This document shows, piece after piece, positions 1-13,140 of a DNA stretch of 64,000 nucleotides. A model generated the notes under the pieces. The model did no database searches, was not told the origin of the DNA, and saw only the letters and a program-made list of their open reading frames with translations. The stretch comes from Antedon mediterranea (lineage: Eukaryota > Animalia > Echinodermata): assembly GCF_964355755.1 (NCBI RefSeq), contig NC_092677.1, forward strand, positions 26,461,175 to 26,525,174, written 5' to 3'. Position 1 is the first letter of the stretch. Every line of letters starts with the position of its first letter. The position numbers were made by a program, and so were the translations under genes.

Positions 1-1828
1 GTAAAATAATAGGTAACAAATTGAACTCACGATTATTATTCACAAACACAATATTACTGGTTGTATGAATTATAATTTCGATATGTCCACCGTTGCAAGT
101 ATTTATATGTTTAATCGTAAATACATGGTTTGAAAAGTAATAATAATAGTTCAGGTGTGAATTCAATAACGTTGAAAAATAAATGGCGATGTTGTTTTAT
201 AGTTTTAATCCCCTACCGACACACATCGATCAAATCATAAAAGCTGTGTTTATTTCTATAACATTTATTAATGCGGCAAGTAGTGATTGTAACAGAGTTC
301 TTATATTATAGAATAAACACTGTGTGTTGTTTACTTATTCTTCCTTGGTTCTTCACTGTTTATTATATAGTTTATCATGTATGTATCCATTTTTGTCGAC
401 AGGACCACAATGTAAAACAAGTAGGCCTATATTTCTACTTGATTGTGTATAATCCTGTATAAATATGTTGTTAAATAAATAAATAAATAAATAAAAAAAT
501 AAAAGGGTAGTATTATATTGCCACTTTCCAAATTATTTACTGTGTAGGAGACACTTGTCCGATAGTTTCCAGAATTCATCTCGATTCCACAATCTAAAAT
601 CTTTTCTTTAAAAAAAGTTGTTAATCACTTCGTTCAAAGAAATACCCTGGTCTGTGGTAGTAAACTTTCCTACGTAATAATTAGGTGCAAGGTTATTCAA
701 TTCACACGTTATTTGCATTCTATACGGCCACCGATTACGAACGGTATCTATTTCTGGATTTTGTTCGTCAATATTGCGTAATAATCGTTAAAGCTCTTAG
801 TTGACCCCCACAAATTTAAATGATATTTCTTTTCAACATAGTCTTTGCCCTTTTCGGTCAACAATACAAACATACAAGTCCAAAACAGCTTTAACGATAG
901 GCTAATCTAGAACATTTTAATGCAAAAAGTATGTACATGTGACTTTCCGTTAACGAGTTAATGAATGTTTAAGTAAATTGGCCTCTGAAAATAATATGGT
1001 CGCCTTGCTATGTTTATTTGATTACTCTTTTCTCATTATTCATCCGTCAAAAGAAGATGTCTTCCATATCTTGAAAAAGGCGTATTCCAGTGGAACTATC
1101 CGCGACTCCGGGATGTTGAGTTCCTGGCCTTCCTATGTGCTTTGCATCTCATTAATTACTAATGTTCAAAGAAATGTGATAACAGAGCAACATATACATT
1201 TCATGCGAATGTGCTGAAAACACCAGACAGAAGTCTGAGCACTGTGTTTAAATTAAAATGTGTAGTTAAATTATGGTCATATGTAAATTTGTTACGCTTT
1301 TGTTTTCTTCAGTGCTGAATAACTGGCACACTTCAAAGTAAACAATATTACTTTATTGATATTTTACATATTTGACATTAAGATGAAATTTAGGGAACAT
1401 ACAAATAATGTATTTTAAATGTACCAAAGAACGTCTGAACCTCTATCATTTTATATCAAAGTATTTAGGTGGGGCGGATCCAGGGGTAGCGATTGCTTTG
1501 CGCTACCATTTTTGAAAGCCAAATTTAGATACGACAAAAAAATTAACACGCCTCCGTACAATGCTCCCCCCCCCCCCTCCTACCCTACTTAAAATCAAAG
1601 ATACACCCCTGACCCCACACTTTAAAAATCGTCTCCGCGCCGCTGGTAATTATAAGCAAACCTACAAATATCAACATTAATTGTATATGTTTTTTTATCA
1701 TTGTATATGAATAATATGATGGTTTGGACTCCAGTTTTTTTAATCATTGTATCAGAACTTAGCATACGTACAGGCAATAACAATTTCCAATAATGATGTT
1801 TTTTTTTTAATCTGGACTCCTTTTTAGG

Positions 1829-1893
1829 TATGTGAAATTCACCCTTCGAGTCAAGATATCCTGTAACTTCTTGGGTTATCTTTGTTTCCAGCT
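1829..1893 (-). pseudogene. Relic fragment of a family A last exon
   Basis: Nucleotide similarity to about 2851-2920. Reads AGNKD.../EVTGYLDSKGEFHI with a frameshift. Confidence 0.65.
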
Positions 1894-2809
1894 AAACTAT
1901 AGAATTGAGTAATTATAAAAGGTTGTTACACGTTTAGGCCTAATTACGGACAATTAAAGTGATCAATGTAGGCCTAATGCAAGATTTTTCAATTGCCGCA
2001 GCTGGTGTTTTTACGCCCAAAATGATTTATATTTCTAGAAATTAGTAGTCCGTCATTGCGTAATAAACTTTAAAACCTTACCTTTCATCTTACGCTTTTA
2101 CGATTTAATTCATGCATAGTTTAAAAATTGAAAACGTGAATAATATTAATAAAATAAGCGTTCGTGTACTGATGTGTTATAAATAAAAAGTAACATAATC
2201 ATAATCATACGATCGAAAGATTAATGGTTATTTATAATTTCAATGTAATTGTTTCCATTTTGTACATTTTTTACGATACAAAATTAATTATATTAATATT
2301 AATTTGTTAAGCAAACTAAATTATGGGACGTGGAAAACCATGCTACGTAGCCCTATGAAATGTTAATTAAACCGTCTTTATAATAACCGATGCCATTTAA
2401 TGTACACTTACAATAATTAATACAAAGTCAACAACATTTAACGAATTAACTTCTGGAATTAATCACATGATCATTTTACCCTCTCGTTGAAACTTGATTC
2501 TTCGTGAGCATGAAGCCATTGTTATACTTTAGTGTACTGTATTTTTAAAACAAAAAATGCGTATTTCAAAAGCATTTTAAAATCAAAATAAGAATTGAAT
2601 GAAATAGTTGACTCGTTTCGAAAACATTTACAGACATAAACGAATGGTTAGTATTTAAGTTTAGGCCTAACAGTGGTGTATCCGAAGGAAAAAAAAAGAA
2701 AAAAAATTGGCTTTATGGCCTCTACTGGTAACAGAATGATATTCCGTTATCATGAAATGTCTTTATTTTTTGTTTCATTCAATCTAACCTATTTTGGAAA
2801 TAAGTGTTT

Positions 2810-3818
2810 TCAAGAGATTATGCATTGACTAGAGGAATAATTCTTTTCTTGTATGTGGAATTCTCCCTTCGAGTCAACATAACCTATAACTTGTTTTTGT
2901 TTATCTTTATTCCCAGCTGAAATGTGAAACGAAGAATCACCCTGACCGTAAAGAGACATTTTAACGTCAGTGTAACTTGTTACTTTATCAGCCTCCAACT
3001 TGGTCATGAACGCTTGTAGTAGTCTCCGTAGTCCAGCCTGTTCTTTTGTTTGTTCAGCTCCTTCATTTCCACAGAGTTTTAGAATGATATTTGCCAGTGC
3101 ACGTTTGTTTATCTCGTCGACCCGAAACTTAAAGATAAAAACTAGTTGTTATAAATCATGTTAATATTGCTGTTACGGTATAGGCCACCTCAAAATCTAC
3201 TAAGAAAAAAAATGTTATGATGTGATATCTACGACCTTCGCTTTCTATGACTATAACTGTGTACGGAATATTTTCAGTTTCACTAGATACTATTTTACAT
3301 CAAAAAGGAGATAATTATTTAATAATAAAAATTTACTTTGCATTGCATATTCCGACAATTTGCACAAATAATGTATAATAATGTTCCTTTAATCAAATTA
3401 AAACTATTAAAATATAAGAAACCAAGGTTATTTTATTATAACATTACACTGAGTAGGACTAATGTTTATTAAGACCTACCATAACTTCTTCGTGTTTTTT
3501 TTCGTTCTGGTGAACCATTATAGTGGACTTGACACGATTCGTTTTGAATGTAACTTGTTCCCCATTCAAACCACAGAATATTAGTTTCAAGTTAGAAAAA
3601 CCTTTTTTTCGAAAAGAACTTGTAAACTTTGTCCAGTATGATAGAAGATTTGTCCAATCTTCAGAAGGATTATCACGTAAGTCAGCGGACAAGAATTCGT
3701 CAAAAACACCAGACATAAATCTGTGGCTTTCTTCGTCGGCAAGACACGAACAATTTGGAATGTCTATCTTCAACTATAAAAATGCAATATAGCTACTTTA
3801 GAGAACAAACAATACATT

Positions 3819-3886
<68 letters not shown>

Positions 3887-5416
3887 ACGGTACTTCACAA
3901 AGACTAATATTTATTATTTGTGTTTATTTACAGATAAGCATTAATGAAAACATATAGGCCTACGGTAATAATGATAAATGTTTGCTAAAGACCGTAGATT
4001 AACATTTAGACTTAAACACAATACTCTAACCAATAAATGTATTTAATTAATTAAACTTAAGTTAATATAAATGTTATTACATTGACATTTATTCTTCTTT
4101 TACTTGGTATCTTCATCTTCAACGTGTACTCGGCAACTGTCGCTTTGCACACATTGGTATTCGATGTAATCGTACCGACGCTGTCTCCAGTTTTTGCTCG
4201 AAGAAAATCTGCGCACTTGTTTGCAAATTGATTCAATTCTTTGTTCGTTCGATGGTTTATTTGATCATTTGCAAATTTCTTAAGTTTACTGGCACTGAAT
4301 TCACTTTCTTTGGGTTCCTATGAAAAATAGTGAAGGGGTAATGGCGTATTTATTTTACTAATTGCGAACAATGCCAAATTAAGAAAGGTAAAAAGGTAAA
4401 GGTCCCGTATTTATTCAAGTCTGAACATAGGGTAACGAGCTGTTAGGAGCTCATTTTACTAAGCCTATGTATATTATGTGGTATCATTAACAGCTAATTA
4501 GACTGGGAGTTGTCGGGAATTGATCCCAGGTCTCTCTGTATGACAGTCAAGTGTCCTAACCACTAATAAAATAGACCTAAAAAGCAAAAACCCAAGCTGA
4601 AAATATAATGTGGGGATTAATCTAATCATGTGATAATTAAATACTGCCCTCTATAGGTGTTACTACCCCCTATAATTGTAACAGTCTTTTTCAAATGATT
4701 TGCTTTCTTTTGGATTCATGAACCGGTCAAGGAAGCAGATAATTTTGTCTCTTACTTAATTAAAGATCTGATTAAAAGGACCATACTGATCTCTATTGTT
4801 ATGCTAAAAACAAATGAAAACCAAATACACCACCGGATCGTGGTAAAGGTGATAAAAGGCGTGTCTTTCCTTTTGTGTTGTCGTCCACATCCTTACATAT
4901 ATTTAAAGATGTAGGCCTATTGTCCCCCCTTTTTTGCTGAATATGAAATTTTAATGTCGCATAATAGTTATCCACTTTGATTATTGATAAAAAAATGATT
5001 TACAGTACTTGAAAAACTGTAATTTAAAGCAAGCCAACCAATGGTGCCAGCCAATGGGTTTTTGGTTGAAATCAACCATTTATTTTGTCATTTTGTAGGC
5101 ATAATTAGTGAAAACATTTTTTTTTGTTTCCACCACACAAACATAGGCCTACACATTGAAATAAATAACATAATATACAACCTAATAATATTAGGATGTA
5201 AAAAAAGTATATAAAACGTCTACAGTTTAGGATAGTATGCATATTCAAGATAATAAAATCTCTAATTTAAAAAAATCTCATTTCTACCAATATTGTACAT
5301 GTCAGTAAATTACGACGATGTTCAATCATAATTATAAATTAAAAGTGGAAATAAAACAATTTTTTTTTTACCTTATTGTCAGCAAATGATTTGGTATTGT
5401 GCATTTTCTGAGGCAT
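2810..5416 (-). CDS. Family A gene A1: unknown ~297-aa three-module protein with C-terminal CaaX (CIIS)
   Basis: Coding exons 5372-5416 (MPQKMHNTKSFADNK), 4081-4317 (EPKESEF...FANKCADFLRAKTGDSVGTITS...KRRINVN), 3480-3773 (LKIDIPNCSCLAD...NLKLIFCG...HEEVM) and 2810-3127 (FRVDEINKR...SLYGQGDSSFHISAG...VIGYVDSKGEF...CIIS*). All introns are GT-AG and phase 0, and the frame is open throughout. Exons 2 and 4 align with paralog A4. Confidence 0.8.
3823..3882. repeat. (TA)n microsatellite
   Basis: About 30 TA units. Confidence 0.97.
4384..4565 (-). mobile_element. tRNA-derived SINE remnant
   Basis: Minus strand reads tagtggttaggacacttgac...cctgggatcaattcccg (A/B-box-like) with a (TTTTACCT)n-like tail. 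Confidence 0.6.
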
Positions 5417-5650
5417 TGTCGTAGAGAACTAGGCTCACCTGAACTAAAAGAAGAATTGAGTGAAGCCTACTGTGTGCCAATAAATTTATGATAGATTATA
5501 TCCTCCAGAAAGTAAATATTCAATATTTGTAATGACATGACCAGCGAGTGAGATTACACTGAAAACAGATAATCGGACATAATATATTAATATGATCGAG
5601 TTCACGTCATTTCACACAAGACTGACAACTCGGCAGACAACATCTCTGCT
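5417..5650. promoter_or_regulatory. Putative bidirectional promoter between A1 and B1
   Basis: The A1 ATG (5416, minus) and the first B1 donor (5698, plus) are under 300 bp apart and divergent. Positional inference only. Confidence 0.45.
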
Positions 5651-6177
5651 GCTAAACATTGTTCTTTTGAGCTGAATCACCAAAAACAATTAAAAGTGTA
5701 AGTAATTTTTTAATTTGTTTATTACAGGCTATACAATTAATTTGGTCACAATGATGGACGGCTCTAAAGTAAAATGTACATGATTTTGCAAATCTAAGCT
5801 GTGTCTATGAGGAGAGGCGACAGTGACGGACTCGTTTGAGTCTATGTCGTTCCTCAAAGTGCTTTCCCGATTGCGTAGTAGAGAATGCAACAGTACCGTA
5901 TAACGCGAACTGGGTCTACAGTTAAAATTTAAGTAGATCGATTTTTTACCATAATCAATATTTACTGTAAAATGTTGAACTAATCCGAATTAGTTCCGCC
6001 CCTAATTTCTTTACGAATAATTTAGCAGCCAGGTAAAATCTGAACTAGATGATACCCTGTCACAATCTGAGGTTCGGTGTCCCTGCATATAAGTTTTAAG
6101 TTTGATATTTATTATTGTCTATATTTTGTTTAGAAGAAACCTGTATAATCGGTTACTGTCCAGCACTATCATCAAAC

Positions 6178-6938
6178 ATGAAAACGGTAGGGTATTACGG
6201 ACAATTTCTATTGTCAATTCTGTCAAAAAGAATCTAGTTGTTATTCCCAGTGGCATCCACTGCAACATGAAGGAGTGAGATATTCTGATTCAAATCCTGA
6301 CATGTCATATAAGCCTAAAAAGAATTTCCAGTTACAAAAATGGATTCGCGCTGAATCATAAAATAAACTCTGAATCATAAAATAAACTCTAAAATCTAAA
6401 CCCTAACCCTAAAATCTGAAATAAAACTCTAAAAAATAAAATGTATAAAAATACATTTTCTTCACAGCTAATTTTACTTCCGTGCTTTTAACAGCTAATT
6501 TAGAAAAACATCTTGATTGATTACATAATAATTACAATAATAATAGACTTACGTCCTTATTTTATTTTAAAGATAAAGAAAAATTGTGGGGATGAGATTA
6601 CAGTTGGAGACATTCATAAATTACAAATAAAAGATCAAAGATATAGTGATATGGCTATAGATCTGATAATGGTCAAAGGCAAATGGATGTCTAATGCAGA
6701 AATTGCTATAGCTTCAGAGCCATCATACTTATTATATACAGGCCAACGTAGTAATAAATTTGGGGTTTATAGACGCGAAGAAGAGAATTACAAATGGACT
6801 ACAAGGAGAAGGGGTTGGCGGTTATGGCTGGACGACAAAATATGGAAACCGGCGAAAGATTTTGCCGTTAAAAGAGCGCTACCAGCTGTGGCGGGATTTA
6901 TTGGCCTCAGTCTTTTGAATGCTATTGAAGACTTGTGA
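6178..6938 (+). CDS. Family B gene B1: unknown ~124-aa protein
   Basis: Probable non-coding exon ending at 5697 (GTAAGT donor). Exon 6134-6186 carries ATG AAA ACG (MKT) before a GTAGGG donor. Exon 6573-6938 follows a ttttaaAG acceptor in phase 0: IKKNCGDEITVGDIHKL...YTGQRSNKFGVY...RRRGWRLWLDDKIW...ALPAVAGFIGLSLLNAIEDL*. Same 3-codon start-exon layout as B3. Confidence 0.78.
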
Positions 6939-8319
6939 TTTATTTTTGTATTATAGAATGTGTAATTAGAATTAACCATGAATACAAATATATGATTTAT
7001 GTACCAAAAGAATAGGACATATGCCTATATAATAATAAATTGGAGAGGCATAGAAATCTTTCTCTCTCTTTCTCAATGTTTTAAACGTGCTTTTAGTTAT
7101 TTTTTTCTTAGTTAATTTTTATAATAATTTACAAACTGAGCTCCGGGAATGCAAAATTGAAAATACATTTAAACTTAAATTGAAAAGATAGGCCTATTAA
7201 ACTTTTAGCCTTCGATATATTTGTTTTAAACGATGATTGTTATTGTCAATTGTTGCAATGTATTTAATTATTAAACTAGTTTTAACATGAAGCGAGATAA
7301 GTAGAAATAAGTGGAAACTTAATGGAATACCTGAAGTGAAAAGTCATCATTAACTCATATATGGGAGATATTAAATATATAAACAGATAAGAATGAGATA
7401 GTGCTTGTGATATTATAGTCATATTGTACAATATTTTTACTGCTAAAAAGTTAGAAACAAAAGGGTGCTTTCACATAGGGCGTATGATTACAAATGAATA
7501 AATATTGAATTAATAAATTATGAAATCAAACAGGAGCTGTTGTGTCGTTCAATTATCTGGAACTTTGAATTTGAATCAACGAATCCTATGACGTGATTTG
7601 CATCAGGTGATTTACCCGCCACCACATGGAATGACGTATCATCTTTACCACAGAGAGAAAGTTTAGTGTTTTCCCAACAAATGTTATTTCGTTTCTCCAG
7701 TGCAGTTATACACGCCTGAATGAGTCGTCTGAGGGCGGCTTATTCAGTTGTTTGACTGACGCCCTCATTACCGAGTAACCAAAGCATGATTCGACCCAAA
7801 GTACGTTTATTAATTGCATCAACTTCAAACTACAGAAAGAAAAAAAGGTTTGTAATATTCGATATGTAAATGTCATGATTATAACAGAATTGTTTAGAAT
7901 TCAGAATTAAAATAATCAGTTTAAAAATAATTATAGACTATTTCAACCAATATTGTCATGTGAAACGCCGCGTTTATCAAATGTTTAACTTACAACAATC
8001 TCCCCTTGTAGTTTAGCATTCAAAACTGCAGCAATAGTTGTTTTAATCGTACCGCATTTTATCTTGATTCTTTCTTCATACTCTCCATATAATCTCAACT
8101 GTGCAGTACGCATTGCTTCTGGTCTTACATTCTTGCTGAACTTTGACAAACTTTCCAGAAGTTCTTTCCAAGTTAAAAATCCAGACGCTGATAATTTGTT
8201 CAATAGTGACGATATACCTCGTTCGCAAGCTGGATCAGAGAGTCTATTTACTTCCACAGTTACCTGTTGAATGAATAGTAGGCTACATCAAAGCATGAAT
8301 ATATCATGTACAGGTAGGC

Positions 8320-8400
8320 CTATAACCCGGTAATATCGTAGGCCTAACCCGGTAATATCGTAGGCCTAACCCGGTAATACCGTAGGCCTAACTCGGTACT
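8320..8400. repeat. 22-bp tandem repeat
   Basis: aacccggtaatatcgtaggcct x3-4. Confidence 0.85.
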
Positions 8401-9239
8401 CAATTCCAAATTAAAACAATGGGAACGTAGGCCACGACGGGTCCTTCGAAGGCACTCCAATATCCCATGGATGATTTGACTAATTTAAGTAATTTTTATT
8501 ATTATACCTTAGGCCTATAATCATTTTTCCACTGACCAAGGTATAACCAATGCAGGACCTCTAGTTGGTCAAGAGAAAGGGAGATCGCACAGGCGTACAA
8601 ATAACTTATTTGTATCGAATTAACTACAGCAAAAATAATATATATACGTATAGTAGAGTGAGCCACATTAACTAGTTTAAATCAAACATGACATAAAATA
8701 TGACTTTCCATTTAATTAACCATTCTTGAGTAGTCCCATAGTGGCAATTGAGATATGCTTAACAGAGAATGCGAGTATCTAGACCTACTAGTGACGTAAC
8801 GAGAAGTCACGCATGAGTACCCAGTGCGTTTATCCTTGCTCGATAATTACACGCAGTGTTTTATGCGCGCCGTCTCTTGCGTTACAAAAATTGAACTCGA
8901 ATAAAAAGGAAGACGTCATCACAAAATGAATTCCACCTCAAAATCTAAAGCTCTGTCTACACTATCAAACTAGTTTGACAACAAAAGTGTGATGTGCCCA
9001 AATATGGTAGTGATATGCCCAAACATGGTAGTGATATGCCCAAACATGGTAGTGATATGACATCATCATGGATAATAATGAGGGCGCTATGTAAATGAAG
9101 ACGTATAGTTACTGAGCTCCGTCAAAGCTAAATCTTATCGAACTCCCAAAAGTAAGTTAAAGGATGAAATAAACTGAACGTAAGTTTTAAACAGCTTCTA
9201 CAATCAAATAAAAGTAAAATAAGAAGTCGATTGTAAAAA

Positions 9240-10051
9240 ATGAGTGCTACTAGAGCGAAATCTAAACAAATATCTGAAACTACTGAGGCAACGCCTATGC
9301 CACGTCAGCTTAAAGTTCCCGCGACTACCGACTTGAAGACTGACATCTTCTGAAATTAAGGCCCTGCGGAAAGATCTAAAAGAGATGTTTGTTGATATTA
9401 ATAAAAAAAATCGAAGATGGAATATCGTCGATCAAATCCAATCAACAAGTACTAATTGAAAGAATAACAAAAGTGGAAGAAACACAACGTATTATGGACC
9501 AGTCATTGGAATATTACACAACATCCACTACGGAAACTCAAGCGAGTGGAAGTAGATTAAATACACGTATTGACAACATTGAAACAGAACTGAAGGAGAA
9601 AAATAAGCAAATTAGTAACCTAGAAGGGGATATTCATAGAATGGAAAGATATTCAAGAGGATTTAATTTACGATTTGGAGGAATAAATGAAGAAGACAAC
9701 GAAAATACACTAGATAAATTAAATACACTTATAAGCGATAAACTACACTTGAAGGATATTAACATTGAAAACGCCCATAGAACCGGTAAGCAGACCAGAG
9801 GAGACCAAAAACCTAGGCAAATAATTGCTAAATTTATCTATAGGCCAGAACGAAACGAGGTTCTTAAGAAGGTAAATTCACTGAAAAATATAGATTTTTA
9901 TGCAATGGAGGACCTTACAGCAGCAGATGCCAAGAAGAAACGTGAGTACCGAGACATAATGTTGAAAGCATACAATGAAGGAAGACATCCTGTATTTAGA
10001 AATGGATCATTATATATAGATGGGAGACTATACCGTGAACCTACAAAGTGA
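9240..10051 (+). pseudogene. LINE ORF1 (L1-type coiled-coil + RRM, Transposase_22-like), frameshifted near the 5' end
   Basis: ATG at 9240. ORF 9389-10051 has a coiled coil followed by NLRFGGINEE, IENAHRTG, PRQIIAKF and EDLT motifs typical of L1-like ORF1p. Confidence 0.8.
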
Positions 10052-10389
10052 CCAGACCACACTCTGTTAGTAAGAAACACACTTATTTAACATGAGATGG
10101 TATTTATGTAATTTGGACAAAATACTATCCATGTCTTGTTATTATACACAGCCCCACATTGCTGCTGTGAACTGTTGCATACAGTGCATTCATATAAGTT
10201 GGGGTTGTTTATAAAATTGTATATTTTGTATTACTACATTCATTAATAAGGGGTCACGGTAAAATAAAATACTTTATGACGGGTAGCTAATGTACAGATA
10301 TAGCAAATAAGGTTATATTTATTATCAAATATTTCTTTTGTCATTAGGCCCTATAATTAACTGATATTTATTTATATTAACGAAATTAT

Positions 10390-13140
10390 ATGTTTTCAAT
10401 TCTAAATATTGATAATTTTAATTACGAAGACGAAAATACAACCGCATTTAACTATAAGGAAAACTATTACTTTAGTATTGATACATTTAAATCCACGTTC
10501 AGTCAAACGTCAACTAATAGTTTTTCTATGTTTGCATTAAATTGTAGAAGTATTGTTAACAAATTTGAAGAATTTAAAAATTATGTATCCTCTCTCGATT
10601 TTGAATTTAATGTAATAGGACTTACTGAAACTTGGCTTTCAAGCAAACATCACCTTGGTTTATATACACTTCCAAACTATACACCTATCTTTAAAAACAG
10701 AGAAACCCAGACAGGGGGATGTGTAGCATTGTACATACACTCAAATATATCATATCAAATAAGAAATGACTTGTCTGCTATGATAAACGAGAGAGAGTGC
10801 ATTATAATTGAATTAAAAAATAATGATAAATCAATTATATGTGGAATAATCTACAGGCCCCCTAAAGCCCATATTCCAACATTTAATAATCAACTTAGTG
10901 AATTAGTGCACATGATAAACAATGAAAATAAAAAGGCATACCTAATGGGTGACTTTAACCTAGATCTACAAAAATATAACTGTGACAATAATGTTCAAAC
11001 TCACGTAGACAACATGCTAACAGAATCTTTCATTCCACTAGTCAATAAACCCAATCGAATCATAAAAGATACCGCAACAGTAATTGACAATATTTATACA
11101 AATTATCAGGAATTCCAAAATATTAACACAGGGATATTAGTTAACGACATATCTGACCACTTTGCAGTTTTCTGCATGGATGATTCAGAAAATTATTCAT
11201 TACCACGATCAGAAAAATTTATAATAAAAAGAAGCTATACTGATCAACAAAAACGGCAATTTAGACTTGAATTACAGGGCTATGATTGGCAATATGTAAC
11301 TAACATTGAATATGAAAATGAATCATATAAACGTTTCTCAGATTCTTTAAAAACAATGATAGATAAGCATTTCCCACTAAAAAGAGTTAGGTTAAAAGTA
11401 GATACAATTAAATCCCCGTGGATAACATATGGAATTCAAAAATCTCTTTGTACCAAAAATAAATTATACATCAAATATAAACAGAAACCAACAGATATAA
11501 ATAAATCTAAATATAAGAAATACAAAAATAAGTTAACATCAATAATAAGAGAAAGAAAAACTACTTATTACAAAAATGAATTTGAAAAGCACAAGAGTAA
11601 TATAAAGAAAACATGGGGTGTCATAAACTCATTATTAGGTAGGAAGAAACATCAAGACATGCCTCACAAAATGAAAATCAACTCCCATCAACTTAATGAC
11701 CCAACATCCATAGCCAATGCGTTTAACACATACTTTATAAATATAGGTGACCAAATGACAGGTGATGATAACCGTAATAGTAACACCGAATATAAAATAC
11801 AACATGACATTTTGAATTCAATGTTTTTTAGAGCTGTATCCGAGTTCGATATCATTAAATACATTAATGACTTAAATGTAAATAAGTCAAGTGGTTGTGA
11901 TGACATTGGTACCTTTTATATAAAAAATAACTCGGATATACTGGCTATATAAATATAGTTTATTTTATATCATTGTTGTTACTTTGGGAGTACGGAACCT
12001 GAACTCTTGTTATAGTGATTAGGTTCACTTTTAGGTTCCTGCCTACTCCCTTAGTTTCTGTGTTTTGTTTGTTTGTAACTGGTTTTTGGCAATAAATAAT
12101 AATAATAATAAACCGTTATCTCATATAATCAATGTATCCCTTCAATCGGGTGTATTTCCTTGTCAACTAAAAATTGCTAAAACAATTCCTGTGTATAAAA
12201 AAGGAGCAAGGGAGAACATAGAAAATTATAGACCGATATCGATATTACCATGTATATCTAAGGTATTTGAAAGGGTCGTATATGACCAAACAATCGCTTT
12301 TTTGTGTAAATATGAAATGTTACATGAATCTCAATATGGATTCAGGGCAGGTCATTCAACTAACCACGCCCTCCTACAAGTCCTTGATAAAATAACAACA
12401 GCCGTTGACAACAAGCAGTTTATGATTGGCGTATTTTTGGATTTATCCAAGGCGTCCGATTCGATAGATCATGAATTATTGCTCACAAAATTGCCCCATT
12501 ATGGAATAAGAGGCGTGGTTCTTGATTGGTACCGTAGCTACCTTAGAGAAAGACAACAATTCGTACAAATTGGGAAGTGTCAGTCTGTAACCAAAATAAT
12601 AAAACAAGGCGTTCCACAAGGGTCAATCCTTGGACCCCTGCTGTTTTTGATATTCATAAATGACATGTTTTCTGTAAGTAACGTCGTTGATTTAATAATG
12701 TTTGCAGATGATACGAATATGTTTTTACAACACAATGATATCGTCACTGCCTTTACAATAATGACAAATGAACTAAATAAAATTGAGAAATGGTGTAAAA
12801 CTAATAGATTAAATATTAATACAACCAAGACTACGTATATGTTATTTAGTGGAAAGAATACCAACATTGACACATCCCAATTTGTACTTTCAATAAATAG
12901 AGTTTCAATAGATAGAGTACCATATACTAAATTTCTCGGTGTCATCATTGATGAGAAACTGAACTTTAGACACCATACAAATGCAGTTTCTTGTATGGAA
13001 TCAACTTATAAGAAATATAAGAGAGAGTGAAAATATATCAATATTTAAAAAACTATTACTAAATAAATGCATTAATAGTTATAAAGAAACAATATATCTT
13101 TGCGAAAACAACATTTGTAAAATATGTCTAACATTAACTT
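10390..13140 (+). pseudogene. LINE ORF2: APE endonuclease + reverse transcriptase, disrupted
   Basis: APE motifs LNCRSI, GLTETWL, IYRPP, MGDFN, IDNI, SDH. RT motifs YRPISILP, QYGFR, FLDLSKA(S)DSIDH, GVPQGSILGPLLF, FADD. Interrupted by an insertion at about 11948-12110 and by an internal deletion near 12990, after which the C-terminal LVWNQL...FKKLLL segment follows in another frame. Confidence 0.9.
11948..12110 (+). mobile_element. 5'-truncated 3' tail of a second retroelement inserted in LINE ORF2
   Basis: Removing it restores ILA-KPLSHIIN. It ends in AATAAA and a (TAA)n tail. Confidence 0.7.

Noticed and set aside
978-1217. 79-aa ORF with slightly coding-like composition
   Set aside because: No recognisable motif, no splice framework, and no similarity to families A or B.
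4104-4160. Apparent frameshift or earlier donor in A1 exon 2
   Set aside because: The uninterrupted frame to the donor at 4080 aligns residue-for-residue in length with the A4 exon end and is phase 0.
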